64,000 nt of DNA, from assembly GCA_964016885.1 (NCBI GenBank), contig OZ024747.1:53506001-53570000 (forward strand), in the 5' to 3' direction. A program made the position numbers and the translations under genes. Shown here piece after piece: positions 1 to 10,750 of this stretch. This DNA is from Eledone cirrhosa. Taxonomy: Eukaryota. The notes beneath the pieces were generated by a model that did not search any database, was not told the DNA's origin, and saw only the letters and a list, made by a program, of their open reading frames with translations. The number at the start of each line of letters is the position of its first letter. Position 1 is the first letter of the stretch.

Positions 1-257
1 CGATGATGATAATAATGAAATAATGATGGTGATGATGATGAAGGTGATAATGGTAATGATAATGATGATGAGGATAATGCATATGAAACTGATGATGAAA
101 CATGATGACGATGATGATGATGATGATGATGATGATGTTGATGATGAAGTTGATAATGATGATGAGGATAATGGGAATGAAAATGATGATGATAAAACTG
201 ATGATAGTGATGATGATGAAGATGATAATGGTAGTGGTGATGATGATAATAATAATT
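1..257. repeat. Degenerate (GAT/AAT)n trinucleotide tract
   Basis: Runs of gatgatgat/aataat; explains the poly-D/poly-M ORFs. Confidence 0.9.
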
Positions 258-466
258 GTAAAAAAACACAATTCCAAAAAGCAACAAAAAAAAAAAAATA
301 AACACAGTAGCATTCTAAAGGAATTGGAATTCCAACAAGATTGTATTGCAAATCTTCATTTGAACCTGTTATCTCAGTTTTACCACGTCACATTCTAAAC
401 AGCAACACTATCATTGTATTTACAATGTGCTAAATTTAGTATACCACCCTTCTCTTCTCACAGACA

Positions 467-505
<39 letters not shown>

Positions 506-726
506 TAAAATATATATATATTATATATGTGTGTATGTGAGTGTGTGTGTGTGTGTGTGTATTGGATAAAATATTATAAAGTTCAGTAAAGAAAAAAAAC
601 TACAGAACAGTGCTATCTTATCATTACTTTTGTTAGTCAAGGATTTGTTGTTGATTTTTAAAGGCCAGTTCTAAAGAAAGATACCACTTCTCTTACATAT
701 AAGAGAGATATTATCAATAGTGCATA

Positions 727-804
<78 letters not shown>

Positions 805-1294
805 TGTTAAACGGTGATGCTAATGATATGTACATACATACATATACATATATACACACATACCTACATATGATAATGATGATGATAGTTGCAACTTAAT
901 TTTGAGTAATGCCATCGCTTCATACTTAAACATGAGCATCATGGACGTGGCTTTTTAGTCCTACTAGGGACCTGCCCAAGGCCAGCAATACCATGCATCA
1001 CAAAAAATGTCACATATCAAGCAATGCCTGTGTTTGAAATTTTTGTAAGTGAGGAAAGGCTTTGCACGGGGACAATCCAACTCTCTGAACATCAAATACA
1101 TTTGCCTGAAAAAAAGAACTGGTCTACATCATTGGATGCAAACAAGGTCGCAGGTTTTATATCAGACTGACCTTCTCCTAAAGAAATGTCTTAATGAATA
1201 CTAGGAGTCTCTCACTCAAAATAAATAAGTAAATAAATATAAACTTTATTGGATGGCTGTTGACTCTCCTGAGTTCCTCCCCTGTTTGATGGGT

Positions 1295-1440
1295 TTTGTT
1301 TTTCATCCCGCAAGGTGTCCAAAATCACCCTCGTCACCAAGCACGCTTAGTGGGGTTGCCAGTTTAGTCTCCAATGGCCCGACCATGCATAGGTTGTACT
1401 AGGTTACACGTTACCAGTAGCACTGAAGAGTGAACTGACA
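1295..1440 (+). mobile_element. Fragment of RTE-type 5' UTR-like repeat (homologous to 49143-49270)
   Basis: tgtccaaa..caccctc.tcaccaag...tggggttgccagtttagtc.ccaa...gaccatg...ggttgtact...cagtagcac is shared with the element at 49.15 kb. Confidence 0.55.
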
Positions 1441-1473
1441 TAGACATATATATATATTTATAGATACATACAT

Positions 1474-1504
<31 letters not shown>

Positions 1505-1544
1505 ATCATATCTGGATTAGAAACAAGATAAGAAAAAACTCTTT

Positions 1545-1622
1545 AATGTCCCTACTGCAGTTTCATTGAGAAATAACAATACTCCAAGTGTTGTGAGAAA
1601 TCTCAAATCATCAGGAGACATT
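1545..1622 (-). ncRNA. Minimal type-I hammerhead ribozyme motif (Penelope-like/retrozyme type)
   Basis: Minus strand reads AAUGUCUC-CUGAUGA-U-UUGAGA...UCUCAA-U-GAAAC-UGCA-GUA-GGGACAUU: 8-bp stem I, canonical core, 6-bp stem II (U-U at the first position), palindromic stem III (ACUGCAGU), GUA cleavage triplet, overlapping AUUAAA. Confidence 0.75.
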
Positions 1623-1817
1623 CTCAGTCAAGAAAGAAAATTCAAGTCAGGAAAATTCTTTCTTGTTCGCTATAAATGATAATTTCAAATGGAAGAAAAA
1701 ATCACGTGATTGGTTGTCAACAGACGGGTAGTAAGGTGGACATTGGCAGGTAACGTGCTGCTAGAAAAGCAGTCAGATTCGGCCAAATTTTGACTCTAGC
1801 ATAGGAGAGAGTATTAC

Positions 1818-2025
1818 AAATTAATTGAAGAAATAAATCTTTACACAATATATAAAGATGTCCAACTGATACCAAGTTTTGTTCTATGAAAGAATTAACA
1901 GAGATCAATCCATTCAAAGCTTATCTCTGTAAATTCTTTCATAGACCAAAACTTGCTATCAGGTGGACGTCCTTATATATATCTATACTTGTGTAAAGAT
2001 ATATATATATTTCTTTGATTAATTT
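1818..2025. repeat. Imperfect inverted repeat (fold-back, about 95-bp arms)
   Basis: atctttacacaa..gatgtccaactgataccaagtttttgttctatgaaagaatt..cagagat is mirrored by atctctg..aattctttcatagaccaaaacttgctatcaggtggacgtc..ttgtgtaaagat. Confidence 0.85.
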
Positions 2026-2198
2026 ATGTGTGTATTAGATTCACGTTTATATATATATATATATATAAATATGTAGGAGGTGAGTTTTATTGTAGTACAA
2101 TAAAGCAATGCAGATATCGGATAAGAAGCACTCTACAGTTTGTAGGACTGGAGTATGCATAATATAAGATCAAAAGATGGTTAAAGGAGTTCAATATA

Positions 2199-2265
2199 TT
2201 TTATTATGCGCATTTCAAAAACAAACATCATCATGCAATAATATTTGTGTTTTCATCAGATAAAA
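2199..2265 (-). ncRNA. Minimal type-I hammerhead ribozyme motif
   Basis: Minus strand reads UUUUAU-CUGAUGA-AAACA...UGUUUUU-GAAAU-GCGC-AUA-AUAAAA: stem I UUUUAU/AUAAAA, intact core, palindromic stem III (AUGCGCAU), AUA triplet, overlapping AAUAAA. Confidence 0.65.
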
Positions 2266-2362
2266 CAGGAGAACATGATATGAAGGCTAAAAAACACTTG
2301 TGGATAGTGCAGTTTTAAATCAACATATGAAAAGTGGTTTTAGATTGATGTGTGATATTGGG

Positions 2363-2783
2363 AAAAATATTTTATTTAGAGAGGGGGGGGGGAGGATGAA
2401 AAGGGAAGGAGATGAGAGGGAGAGATGGGTGATAGAGAGAAAGAGATAGTTTTTATAACTGAGAGGAGATATATTTTTTACATAGAGAGGTTGAAAACCG
2501 TTGGAAGATACTGTATAAATTAAAAATTTTGAAAATTAACGAAGGGAGGATATGTGCGAGGAAAAAATATTTTATTTAGGGAGGGGGGGGGGAGGATGAA
2601 AAAAAGGGGGAGGAGATGAGAGTGAAGGTGGAGAGGGAGAGATGGGTGATAGAGAGAAAGAGATAGTTTTTATAACTGAGAAAAAGATATATTGTTTTAA
2701 TATAGAGAGGTTGGGAACCGTTGGAAGATAATGTATAAATTAAAGGAATTTGAAAATTAACGAAGGGAAATTATGTATGAAGA
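2363..2783. repeat. Tandem duplication of a ~200-bp purine-rich unit within the (TA)n-flanked hammerhead-bearing element
   Basis: gaaaaatattttatttag..gggggggaggatgaaaa..gatgggtgatagagagaaagagatag..aaccgttggaagata..aaattaacgaaggga occurs at about 2363 and about 2561. Confidence 0.85.
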
Positions 2784-2874
2784 TAGAGAGAAAAAAATAA
2801 TAGTTGTGGGTGAATATTCTAACGTCAAAAAAAGATATATAGTTATATATTTCTTGGTGCAATACTTTCTTATA

Positions 2875-2919
<45 letters not shown>

Positions 2920-3160
2920 CCATATATATGTAAATAAATATATATATATATATATGGTTATATATTTCTTGGTGCAATACTTTCTTATATTAATATATAT
3001 ATATATATATACATATATGATATTAATTCGAGTATGTGTTGGTTAAATCTAGCGGTGCCTTGAGAAAACAACACCAAGTTTCAGCACAGAGCATATAAAC
3101 AAATCAAAACAACAGCAGTAAGCTTTATTCTATCGTTGTTTTTTTTCTGTTCAAATTCTA

Positions 3161-3219
3161 GCTGTCTGATGAGGTCACAGCTGTTGCATAATGGTTTTCA
3201 CTGAAATAGATACAACAGC
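3161..3219 (+). ncRNA. Degenerate hammerhead ribozyme motif
   Basis: GCUGU-CUGAUGA-G...U-GAAAU-AGAU-ACA-ACAGC: stem I GCUGU/ACAGC and the core are intact, but stem III and the cleavage triplet are mutated. AATAAA lies 8 nt downstream. Confidence 0.45.
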
Positions 3220-3869
3220 GACTATGAATAAACAAAGTAATTTTAACCTTTTGACTTACACTTCTTGTATATACATACACGCACAAATACATACACACAC
3301 AGATTTATATATATATTTATAAACATATACATTATAAATATACACGTATATTTACCTGTCTATGGTAAGACCAATAAAGTTGTTAGAACTCCATGCAGCA
3401 AAGATATCAATATCCCAAAGTGATATCAATATAATAAGGTGGAAAATGTTTTATTTTTGTGGAAGATTAGCTTCATTTTAGATAGTGTTGAGTATTCACA
3501 ACAACTACATCGTCATATATATATAGGGTGGTCAATGTCAATGAAAAAAGGCGAGGAGATCTAGAGCTTAATTAGTTCATTGTCTTACGATTGTTTCATA
3601 AGGTTCAATGAACCATGGCTATATCAATATATTAACTAATCGATAGCAGTTATGTAATTATATATTATCAGTCTTGATATTATAGATCCATCTCTCTGTT
3701 CACATTGGGAACAATGTTTATATCAATAAGTAAATATATCAAATATATCAATATGTTATCACAGTTCAATCAACCTTTTGAAATGAACAGAAAACAATGA
3801 ATGAATTAAGGACTAAAATTTGCCTTTTATTTTAATTGTTCCACCTATATATATATATATATATGTATA

Positions 3870-4309
3870 TATATAGAATTCACAAGAATCAAAGCTATGT
3901 TCAAAGCATTTATTCACTTACAATTGTTTCATCCAAACCTAGGCTTGGAGTCTTCGGAGCATTTTTCAATGTTTGTACACATAATTGACCTCCTTTCCAA
4001 CGCAAGAGACATACAGATACATATGTATATATTGATGTACAGTGGAGTGACATATATTATATTATATTATTTCTGTATAGCAATTCAAATTCAAATTGCT
4101 ATACAGAAATAATTTAATATAATATATGTCACTCCACTGTACATCAATATATACATATGTATCTGTATGTCTCTTGCGTTGGAAAGGAGGTCAATTATGT
4201 GTACAAACATTGAAAAATGCTCCGAAGACTCCAAGTCTAGGTTTGGATGAAACAATTGTAAGTGAATAAATGCTTTGAACATAGCTTTGATTCTTGTGAA
4301 TTCTATATA
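3870..4309. repeat. Near-perfect 440-bp palindrome (216-bp arms, 8-nt spacer), each arm carrying a hammerhead-like motif
   Basis: The mirrored ORFs 3897..4112(+) and 4091..4282(-) differ at only two residues. Centre is gcaatt-caaattca-aattgc. Confidence 0.95.
4218..4264 (+). ncRNA. Hammerhead-like motif (variant core CCGAAGA); mirror copy at 3915-3961 (-)
   Basis: UGCU-CCGAAGA-C-UCCAA..UUGGA-U-GAAAC-AAUU-GUA-AGUG-AAUAAA; palindromic stem III ACAAUUGU, GUA triplet. Confidence 0.5.
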
Positions 4310-4467
4310 GCTGCTCTGTAGAACAACTGATGTTATTACATTGAGCTATTTATCTTACTGGTAATAAGGTAGTAATAAATTACTGACCTTCACTGTTTAG
4401 GGTTTAAAATATATATAACTATAAAAAGTTTTAATATATACATAACCATAAATAGTATCCTTAATAT

Positions 4468-4503
<36 letters not shown>

Positions 4504-4519
4504 GGGGGGGGGGGGGTAT

Positions 4520-4808
4520 GTGTGTGTGTATCCCTGGTTCAATCGGGGGTAACCACTGTAAGTAAGGTACTCAATACATAGCACATAGCAGAGTATACAT
4601 TTTTAATATAGAAATGGCTTCTACAGAACTAGAACTGTTTCATTCAAAAGCAATCATCATTTCCTCATGATTTCCTTTGAATGAAACAGTTCTAGTCCTG
4701 TAGGAACCATTTCTATATTAAACATGATGTTTATACTCTACTAATGTATTAAGCACCTTACTGATTGCAGTTACCCCTGATTGAACCTGGGATTCACACA
4801 CACACACA
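4520..4808. repeat. Imperfect ~290-bp fold-back element with decayed hammerhead-like core
   Basis: tccctggttcaatcgggggtaac..gtaaggtactcaatac..tagaaatggcttctacagaactagaactgtttcattcaaa is mirrored on the right. The centre has ctcatga..gaatgaaacagttcta. Confidence 0.8.
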
Positions 4809-5029
4809 CAACACACACTCATATATATATACATTGTATAGAGAATATTCTGTAACAATATAGCTCTCTCTAAGTTCCCTAACACAATAGGTTTGAACAA
4901 TCTTTGAACTAACATCCCATGTTACCATAGTCAGATGATGACAATCTTAATCTCACAGACACAATTCTACTACTTAACTTTAGGAGATAAAATAAAATAT
5001 GAAATAATTTGAAGTAATATTGATTACTA

Positions 5030-5250
5030 ATGGGCAAAACTAACTGGCAGGAGCCCCAGAGGAAGATGGTTGAATAACATCTCTGAGCTTGGAGATGGTT
5101 GCTTCTGACAGGACCTGCTGGAAGGAGTGTTTGAGGACTCTGTCTCAACAACCCTCTCAAGAAGAAGAAGAAGAAGAAGAAGAAGAAGAAGAAGAAGAAG
5201 AAGAAGAAGAAGAAGAAGAAGAAGAAGAAGAAGAAGAAGAAGAAGAAGAA
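5030..5250 (+). mobile_element. 3' end of a second RTE-like LINE family with expanded (GAA)n tail
   Basis: ttgcttctgacag..ctggaaggagtgtttgag matches the 3' end of the element at 20900-21550(-). It is followed by about 30 GAA units. Confidence 0.6.
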
Positions 5251-5324
5251 GGAGGCAAAAGACCAGCAAATTTGGGGATAATACACACTTGGTTAAATTC
5301 CCACATGTACTTCCTGCATACGAA

Positions 5325-5791
5325 AGGCCAGTTGTGAGGAGCGCGATGCTGCATGGTAGTGAGACATGGGCAGCAACTGCAGAGGATATGCGACGGCTGG
5401 AGAGAAATGAGGCAAGCATGCTCCATTGGATGTGCAGTGTAAATGTGCGTGAACGACCCAGCATAAATGTGTTGAGAGAGAAACTGTGTCTGAGAGGGAT
5501 AGAACGTAGTGTATGGGAGAGGAGACTGAAGTGGTATGGACATGTGATGCGCATGGAGGATGACCGATGGGTGAAGAAGTGCCAGGAAATGCCAGTTGAA
5601 GGAAGACGTGGTAGAGGTAGACCACGAAAAACATGGGCGGAGGTGGTGAGAACAGACCTCAGATCATTGAAGCTCACGGTGGAGATGACGAGGGACCGTG
5701 ACGAGTGGAGAGATGCTGTGCTGAATAAGACCCGTCCCACCCTTGCAAGCAGGGAAAAGCGGACGTAAAATGATGATGATGATGATGATGA
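5325..5791 (+). mobile_element. 5'-truncated RTE LINE (subfamily A), C-terminal coding end plus (GAT)n tail
   Basis: AMLHGSETW..MRRLERNEA..RRLKWYGHVMRM..RGRPRKTW motifs, terminal hairpin and gatgatgat. Confidence 0.9.
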
Positions 5792-5792
5792 C

Positions 5793-5885
5793 TTCCATGG
5801 TACTTTATTTTATCGACCCTGTAAGGATAAAAACAAATTTGACAACAGCAGAATTTGAACTCAGAATGTCAAGAGCCAGAACAAA
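5793..5885 (-). mobile_element. Partial tRNA-derived SINE (family 1)
   Basis: ggtactttattttatcgaccc..atttgaactcaga is the reverse complement of the SINE core. Confidence 0.7.
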
Positions 5886-6218
5886 GATCATAATAGTATT
5901 TTATCCAATATTTTATCAATTCTGCCAATCTACCTCTCTTCTCATGTGAAATAATATTGAGCCAGTAAAAATGTTATAAATATTGAATATATCAAAGACA
6001 TTTCTCTCTTAAACACATCTTTACTGCAAATTCTTCCCAAATAAGTCGAGAATCTTGCTGTTATGAAAACATATTTTGATTCATTTGTCGTGTTTGTGTT
6101 TAGGTTTCAAATGATGCCACAGTAGGGAAGTTGATGTAGGGAGTTATTTTAGCTGATTTTCTTGTTGTTGTTGTTGTTGCTTTTATAAATGAAAGCAAAA
6201 GTAACTGCATCAACCATA

Positions 6219-6497
6219 ACTGCAACCACCTCCACCCCCACCACCACCACCACCACCACCACCACTACTACTACTACTGCTACTACTACTACTACTACTA
6301 CTACTATTACTACTACTACTACTACCAAAAGTTACAAAAATAATAGTAAAAATACATGAAAAGGAATATGATTTCGGTGTTGTTGATATAAGATGTAAGT
6401 ATGAAATACATATCCTGATGAAGGAGCTTTGACACAAAAAGGAGGCAGAGAAGAAGAAGAAGAAGAAGAAGAAGAAGAAGAAGAAGAAGAAGAAGAA
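6219..6497. repeat. (CCA)n/(CTA)n and (GAA)n microsatellites
   Basis: Direct inspection. Confidence 0.9.
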
Positions 6498-6779
6498 GCC
6501 GTAAAATGAATTATAATGAAATCTGAAAGATGAAAGCAAAACATTTTGTTCTTTAGAAATAAGATAAAATTAAAACAAAACAAATAAAACCAGAACAAAG
6601 AAAAAAAAAATATAGCAAGTGAATCTTAAAATAAGGATTTGGTTGGTCTTTTAATGCCTTTGAAAGTGTCCCCTGCTCAACTGCTGGATTGAGAAATATT
6701 GAGAAAAAAGAGGATTTTGCTGGCATAAAATTGTATCAAAATTAATGTTACCAATATAAACAGCATCAACACTAAGAGT

Positions 6780-7535
6780 AAGAACATCAACTGCAACAAC
6801 AACAACAAGGAGCACTCCAACACCACCACCAATAACACAACCAACACCAACATCGCCAACAACAGCAGTGCCAACACCAACAACACCAAAACGATCAGTG
6901 CCGTCACTACACCACCAACACCATCAACATTATCACCAACATCACCAACGCCAACACCATTATCACCAACACTGCCACCACCAACACCAACAACAGCAAT
7001 ACCACCAGCACCAAATCCAACAACAACAACAGCAACAGCACCGACATTACGACCAGCACTGTCACTAACGCCGCCACCAACAGCACCAACCACCAACAAC
7101 ACCACCACCAACACCACCACCAACAACACTATTATCACCAACACTACCACCAACACCACCACCAACAACACTATTATCACCAACACTACCACCAACACCG
7201 CCACCAACAACACTATTATCACCAGCACCACCACAACCAGACCACCACCAACACCACCACCAACAACACTATTATCACCAACACTACCACCAACACTGCC
7301 ACCAATAACACTATTATCACCAACACTACCACCAACACTGCCACCAATAACACTATTATCACCAACACCACCACCAACAACACTATTATCACCAACACTA
7401 CCACCAACACCACCACCAACAACACTACCACCAACACCGCCACCAACAACACTATTATCACCAACACTACCACCAACACCGCCACCAACAACACTATTAT
7501 CCCCAACACCACCACAACAACAACAGCAACAAGTA
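6780..7535. repeat. (CAA/CCA)-derived minisatellite with recurring aacactattatcaccaacactaccacc unit
   Basis: The unit recurs about 9 times; it explains the poly-V/L ORFs. Confidence 0.85.
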
Positions 7536-8166
7536 ACAGAATGAATATAATTACACGAAAGGAATAAAATTTATTTCAAGGTAAAGGAATTTGCTGAGAA
7601 AATTCTTGAAAAGCCTCAAACATCTTCTCATCATCAACAACCACCAGCACAACAACAACAATATCTACAACAACCTTGTCCATTTTATTACCATTTATTC
7701 ACATTGCAAAACCACATTATTATTATTATTTCTTATGTATTGTATACTATATATTCATGCCGGCATGGAAGAACGGACGTAAAATGGTGATGATGATGAT
7801 ATATTTTATATTTTTACATTTTACTTAATAAATAAAAAAAAAACAGAAATATAAAAAAAAATATTATTAACTTTCTTATTCATTTTATAGTTTACATATT
7901 GTTCTTCTTCTTCTTCTTCTTCTTCTTCTTCTTCTTCTTCTTCTTCTTCTTCTTCTTCTCGTTTTCTTATATCTTATTTTCAGGCAGTGAAAAGGATTTC
8001 ATCTTTAAACATTTTTTTGCATGAATTCTTTAAATATTATATTAATTCTTTATTTGTAACAATTTTCATTGATTTTCAGACATTTTCTGTCCATTTCAGA
8101 AACATCTAAAAAAGGAAGGCTTTTAATTTACATTCTTTTTTCCTCCCTATTCATCATTAAATTCAC

Positions 8167-8326
8167 ATGTTGTTGTTGTCACTGTTGTTGTTGTCACTGT
8201 TGTTGTTGTTGCTGTTGTTGTTGTAACTGTTGTTGTTGTTGCTGTTGTTGTTGTTGCTGTCACTGTTGTTGTTGTTGCTGTTGTTGTTGCTGTTGTTGTT
8301 GTTGTCGCTGTTGTTGTTGTTGTCGC

Positions 8327-8381
<55 letters not shown>

Positions 8382-8612
8382 GCTGTTGATGTTGTTGCTG
8401 TTGTTGCTGTTGTTATTGTTGTTGTTGCTGTCACTGTTGTTGCTGTTGCTGTTGTTGTTGCTGTTATTGTTGTCGCTGTTGTTGTTGTTGCTGTTGTTGT
8501 TGTCATTATTGTTGTTGTCATTGTTGTTGTTGTCATTGTTGTTGTTGTCACTGTTGTTGTTGCTGTTGTCACTGTTGCTCTTGTCATTGTTGTTATTGTC
8601 ACTGTTGTTGTT
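8167..8612. repeat. Degenerate (GTT)n tract
   Basis: Explains the poly-C/L/T ORFs. Confidence 0.9.
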
Positions 8613-8630
8613 GCATTAAATTCACATACA

Positions 8631-8692
<62 letters not shown>

Positions 8693-8695
<3 letters not shown>

Positions 8696-9172
8696 TCATC
8701 ATCAACATCATCATTTTACGTCCGCTTTCCCCTGCTTGCAAGGTTGGGACGGGTCCTATTCAGCACAACATCTCTCCACTTGTCACGGTCCTTCGTGATC
8801 TCCACCGTGACCTTCAGCGATCTGAGGTCTGATCTCACCACCTCCACCCATGTTTTTCGTGGTCTACCTCTACCACGTCTTCCTTCAACTGGCAATTCCT
8901 GGCACTTCTTCACCCATCGGTCATCCTCCATGCGCATCACATGCCCATACCATTGCAGTCTCCTCTCCCGGACACAACAATTTATCCCTCTCAGACACAG
9001 TTTCTCTCTCAACACATTCATGCTCGGCCATTCACACACATTGACATTGCACATCCAACGGAGCATGCTTGCCTCATTTCTCTCCAGCCGTCGCATATCC
9101 TCTGCGGTTGCTGCCCATGTCTCACTACCATGGAGCATCGCGCACCTCACACAGACATCATATAACCAGCCT
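8693..9172 (-). mobile_element. 5'-truncated RTE LINE (subfamily A)
   Basis: LYDVCVRCAMLHGSETW...RGRPRKTW; nearly identical to 5325-5791. The tail abuts (TA)n. Confidence 0.9.
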
Positions 9173-9377
9173 TTCGTTGTCACTGTTGTTATTGTTGCTG
9201 TCATAATTAATAATACTATTGTTGTTGTTGTTACTATTACTGCTGTTGTCACTATTGTTGTTGTTGTCACTGTTGTTGTTGTTGGTGTTGTTGTTGACAC
9301 TCTTGCTGTTATGACTGTTGTTACTGTCACTATATTTCACTATATGTCACTATATATATTCTCATTATATTCCAAAG

Positions 9378-9568
9378 AGCGGTGGATTGGCAGTATCAGA
9401 AGAGGGTCAGATGCCATGCTTTGACGCAAAGAGTTAACTCCCTTTATGATCTGAGTTCAAATCCTGCCGAGGTTAACTTTGCCTTTCATCCTTACGGGGT
9501 CGATAAAATAAAGTACCAGTAATGCACTGGGATAATTGCTGGCCTTGTGCCAAAAGTAGAAACAGTTA
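9378..9568 (+). mobile_element. tRNA-derived SINE family 1 (about 190 bp)
   Basis: A-box-like tggcagtatc, B-box gagttcaaatcc, central gcctttcatccttacggggtcgataaaataaagtaccag, 3' gccttgtgccaaaagtagaaac. Confidence 0.85.
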
Positions 9569-9987
9569 TATTCTACATGTAGCAAGGTTTCTATAGCTTG
9601 ATGCCCATCTTAATAGCAACCACATTAGAGGGTGTACTGGGTACATTTTATATATACATACACACATACAATCATATATATATAAAATTTATATATATCA
9701 GTATATATATATATATACATAATTTATATATATATAGTGCTATTGGCTTTTTATATTCCTTTACTTACTACAGGAATACGTTATCTATTGCAGATTTTTG
9801 TTTAACATAACAGAGATGAAAATAAAGATAGTGCTGATAAAATTTATATAAATACATGTGTGTGTATCAGTGTTTATATGTATATATGTAGGTATATGTG
9901 TATGCTTATATATATATATATATATATGTAGGTATATGTATATAAATGTTGTTATATACATATATATATATATATCAACATATATAC

Positions 9988-10017
<30 letters not shown>

Positions 10018-10021
<4 letters not shown>

Positions 10022-10380
10022 ATATATCAACATATATATCATCATCATCATCATCATCATTTCATTTTACGTCCACTTTTCCCTGCTTGCAAGGGTGGGA
10101 CGGGAACTGATTCTGGCTTGATTTCTACAGCTGGATGCCCTTCCTAACACCAACCTCATTTACAGTGTAGGCTGGGTGCTTCTTTGCCGTGGAACCTCCA
10201 CGACCACTTTGCAGTGGAATGATAGGGACCCCAATCCCTATCATCTCATTTCTACAGCTGAGTAAACTGGAGCAATGTGAAATAAAGTGTCTTGCTTAAG
10301 GAAACAACACGTCACCCGGTCTGAGAATTGAACTCACAACCTTTCGATTGCAAGGCCAATGCTCTAACCACTGAGCCATA
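10018..10380 (-). mobile_element. tRNA-derived SINE family 2 (CORE-like middle, RTE-derived 3' end)
   Basis: Minus strand: tggctcagtggttagagc (A box), gagttcaattc (B box), ccttaagcaagacactt..ctcagctgtagaaatg, RTE 3' UTR and (GAT)n. Confidence 0.85.
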
Positions 10381-10554
10381 TGTTGATATATATGTTGATA
10401 TATATATATATATGAGCAGGAGCAAGACATGGTCATCTGATCTGATTTGTCTCACAACGGGACAACTCATCATCCATGCTAGCATGGAAAAATGGAAAAA
10501 TGCACGCAAGATGATGATGATGATATATATATGTATATATATATATATATATAT

Positions 10555-10750
10555 AACAAAGGAATTGTGGTAAGGAACCAGATGGACCATAACGCACCAG
10601 AGTACTCAATACTTAGGGTAGTAGAGTGGGAATAGGAAAAAGTAAGACTCCGACGACAGAGCTAAAGCCATTTCGACGGCTATTTCTGGACTCAGAAATA
10701 GCCGTAGAAACGGCTTGAGCCCTGTCGTCGGGGTCTTACTTTTTCCTTTA
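10555..10750. mobile_element. (TA)n-flanked short element with 55-bp terminal hairpin
   Basis: aggaaaaagtaagactccgacgacagagct..ggctatttctg-gact-cagaaatagcc..agccctgtcgtcggggtcttactttttcct. A second family member lies at 30412-30577. Confidence 0.75.

Noticed and set aside
369-410. Possible terminal exon on the minus strand (ctgtttag|AATGTGACG..)
   Set aside because: All frames stop within 9 codons and the acceptor is weak; unsupported without transcript data.
3356-3476. GPCR-like peptide on the minus strand (STLLY/LISL..IFAAWSSNNFIGLTIDR) ending at a cag|gtaaat donor
   Set aside because: Needs a frameshift, TM spacing is too short and no other GPCR segments are found; may be chance or an unrecognisable pseudogene.
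5127-5330. Poly-Arg/poly-Glu N-terminus fused to RTE C-terminus
   Set aside because: Chance read-through of a (GAA)n tail into an adjacent LINE fragment.
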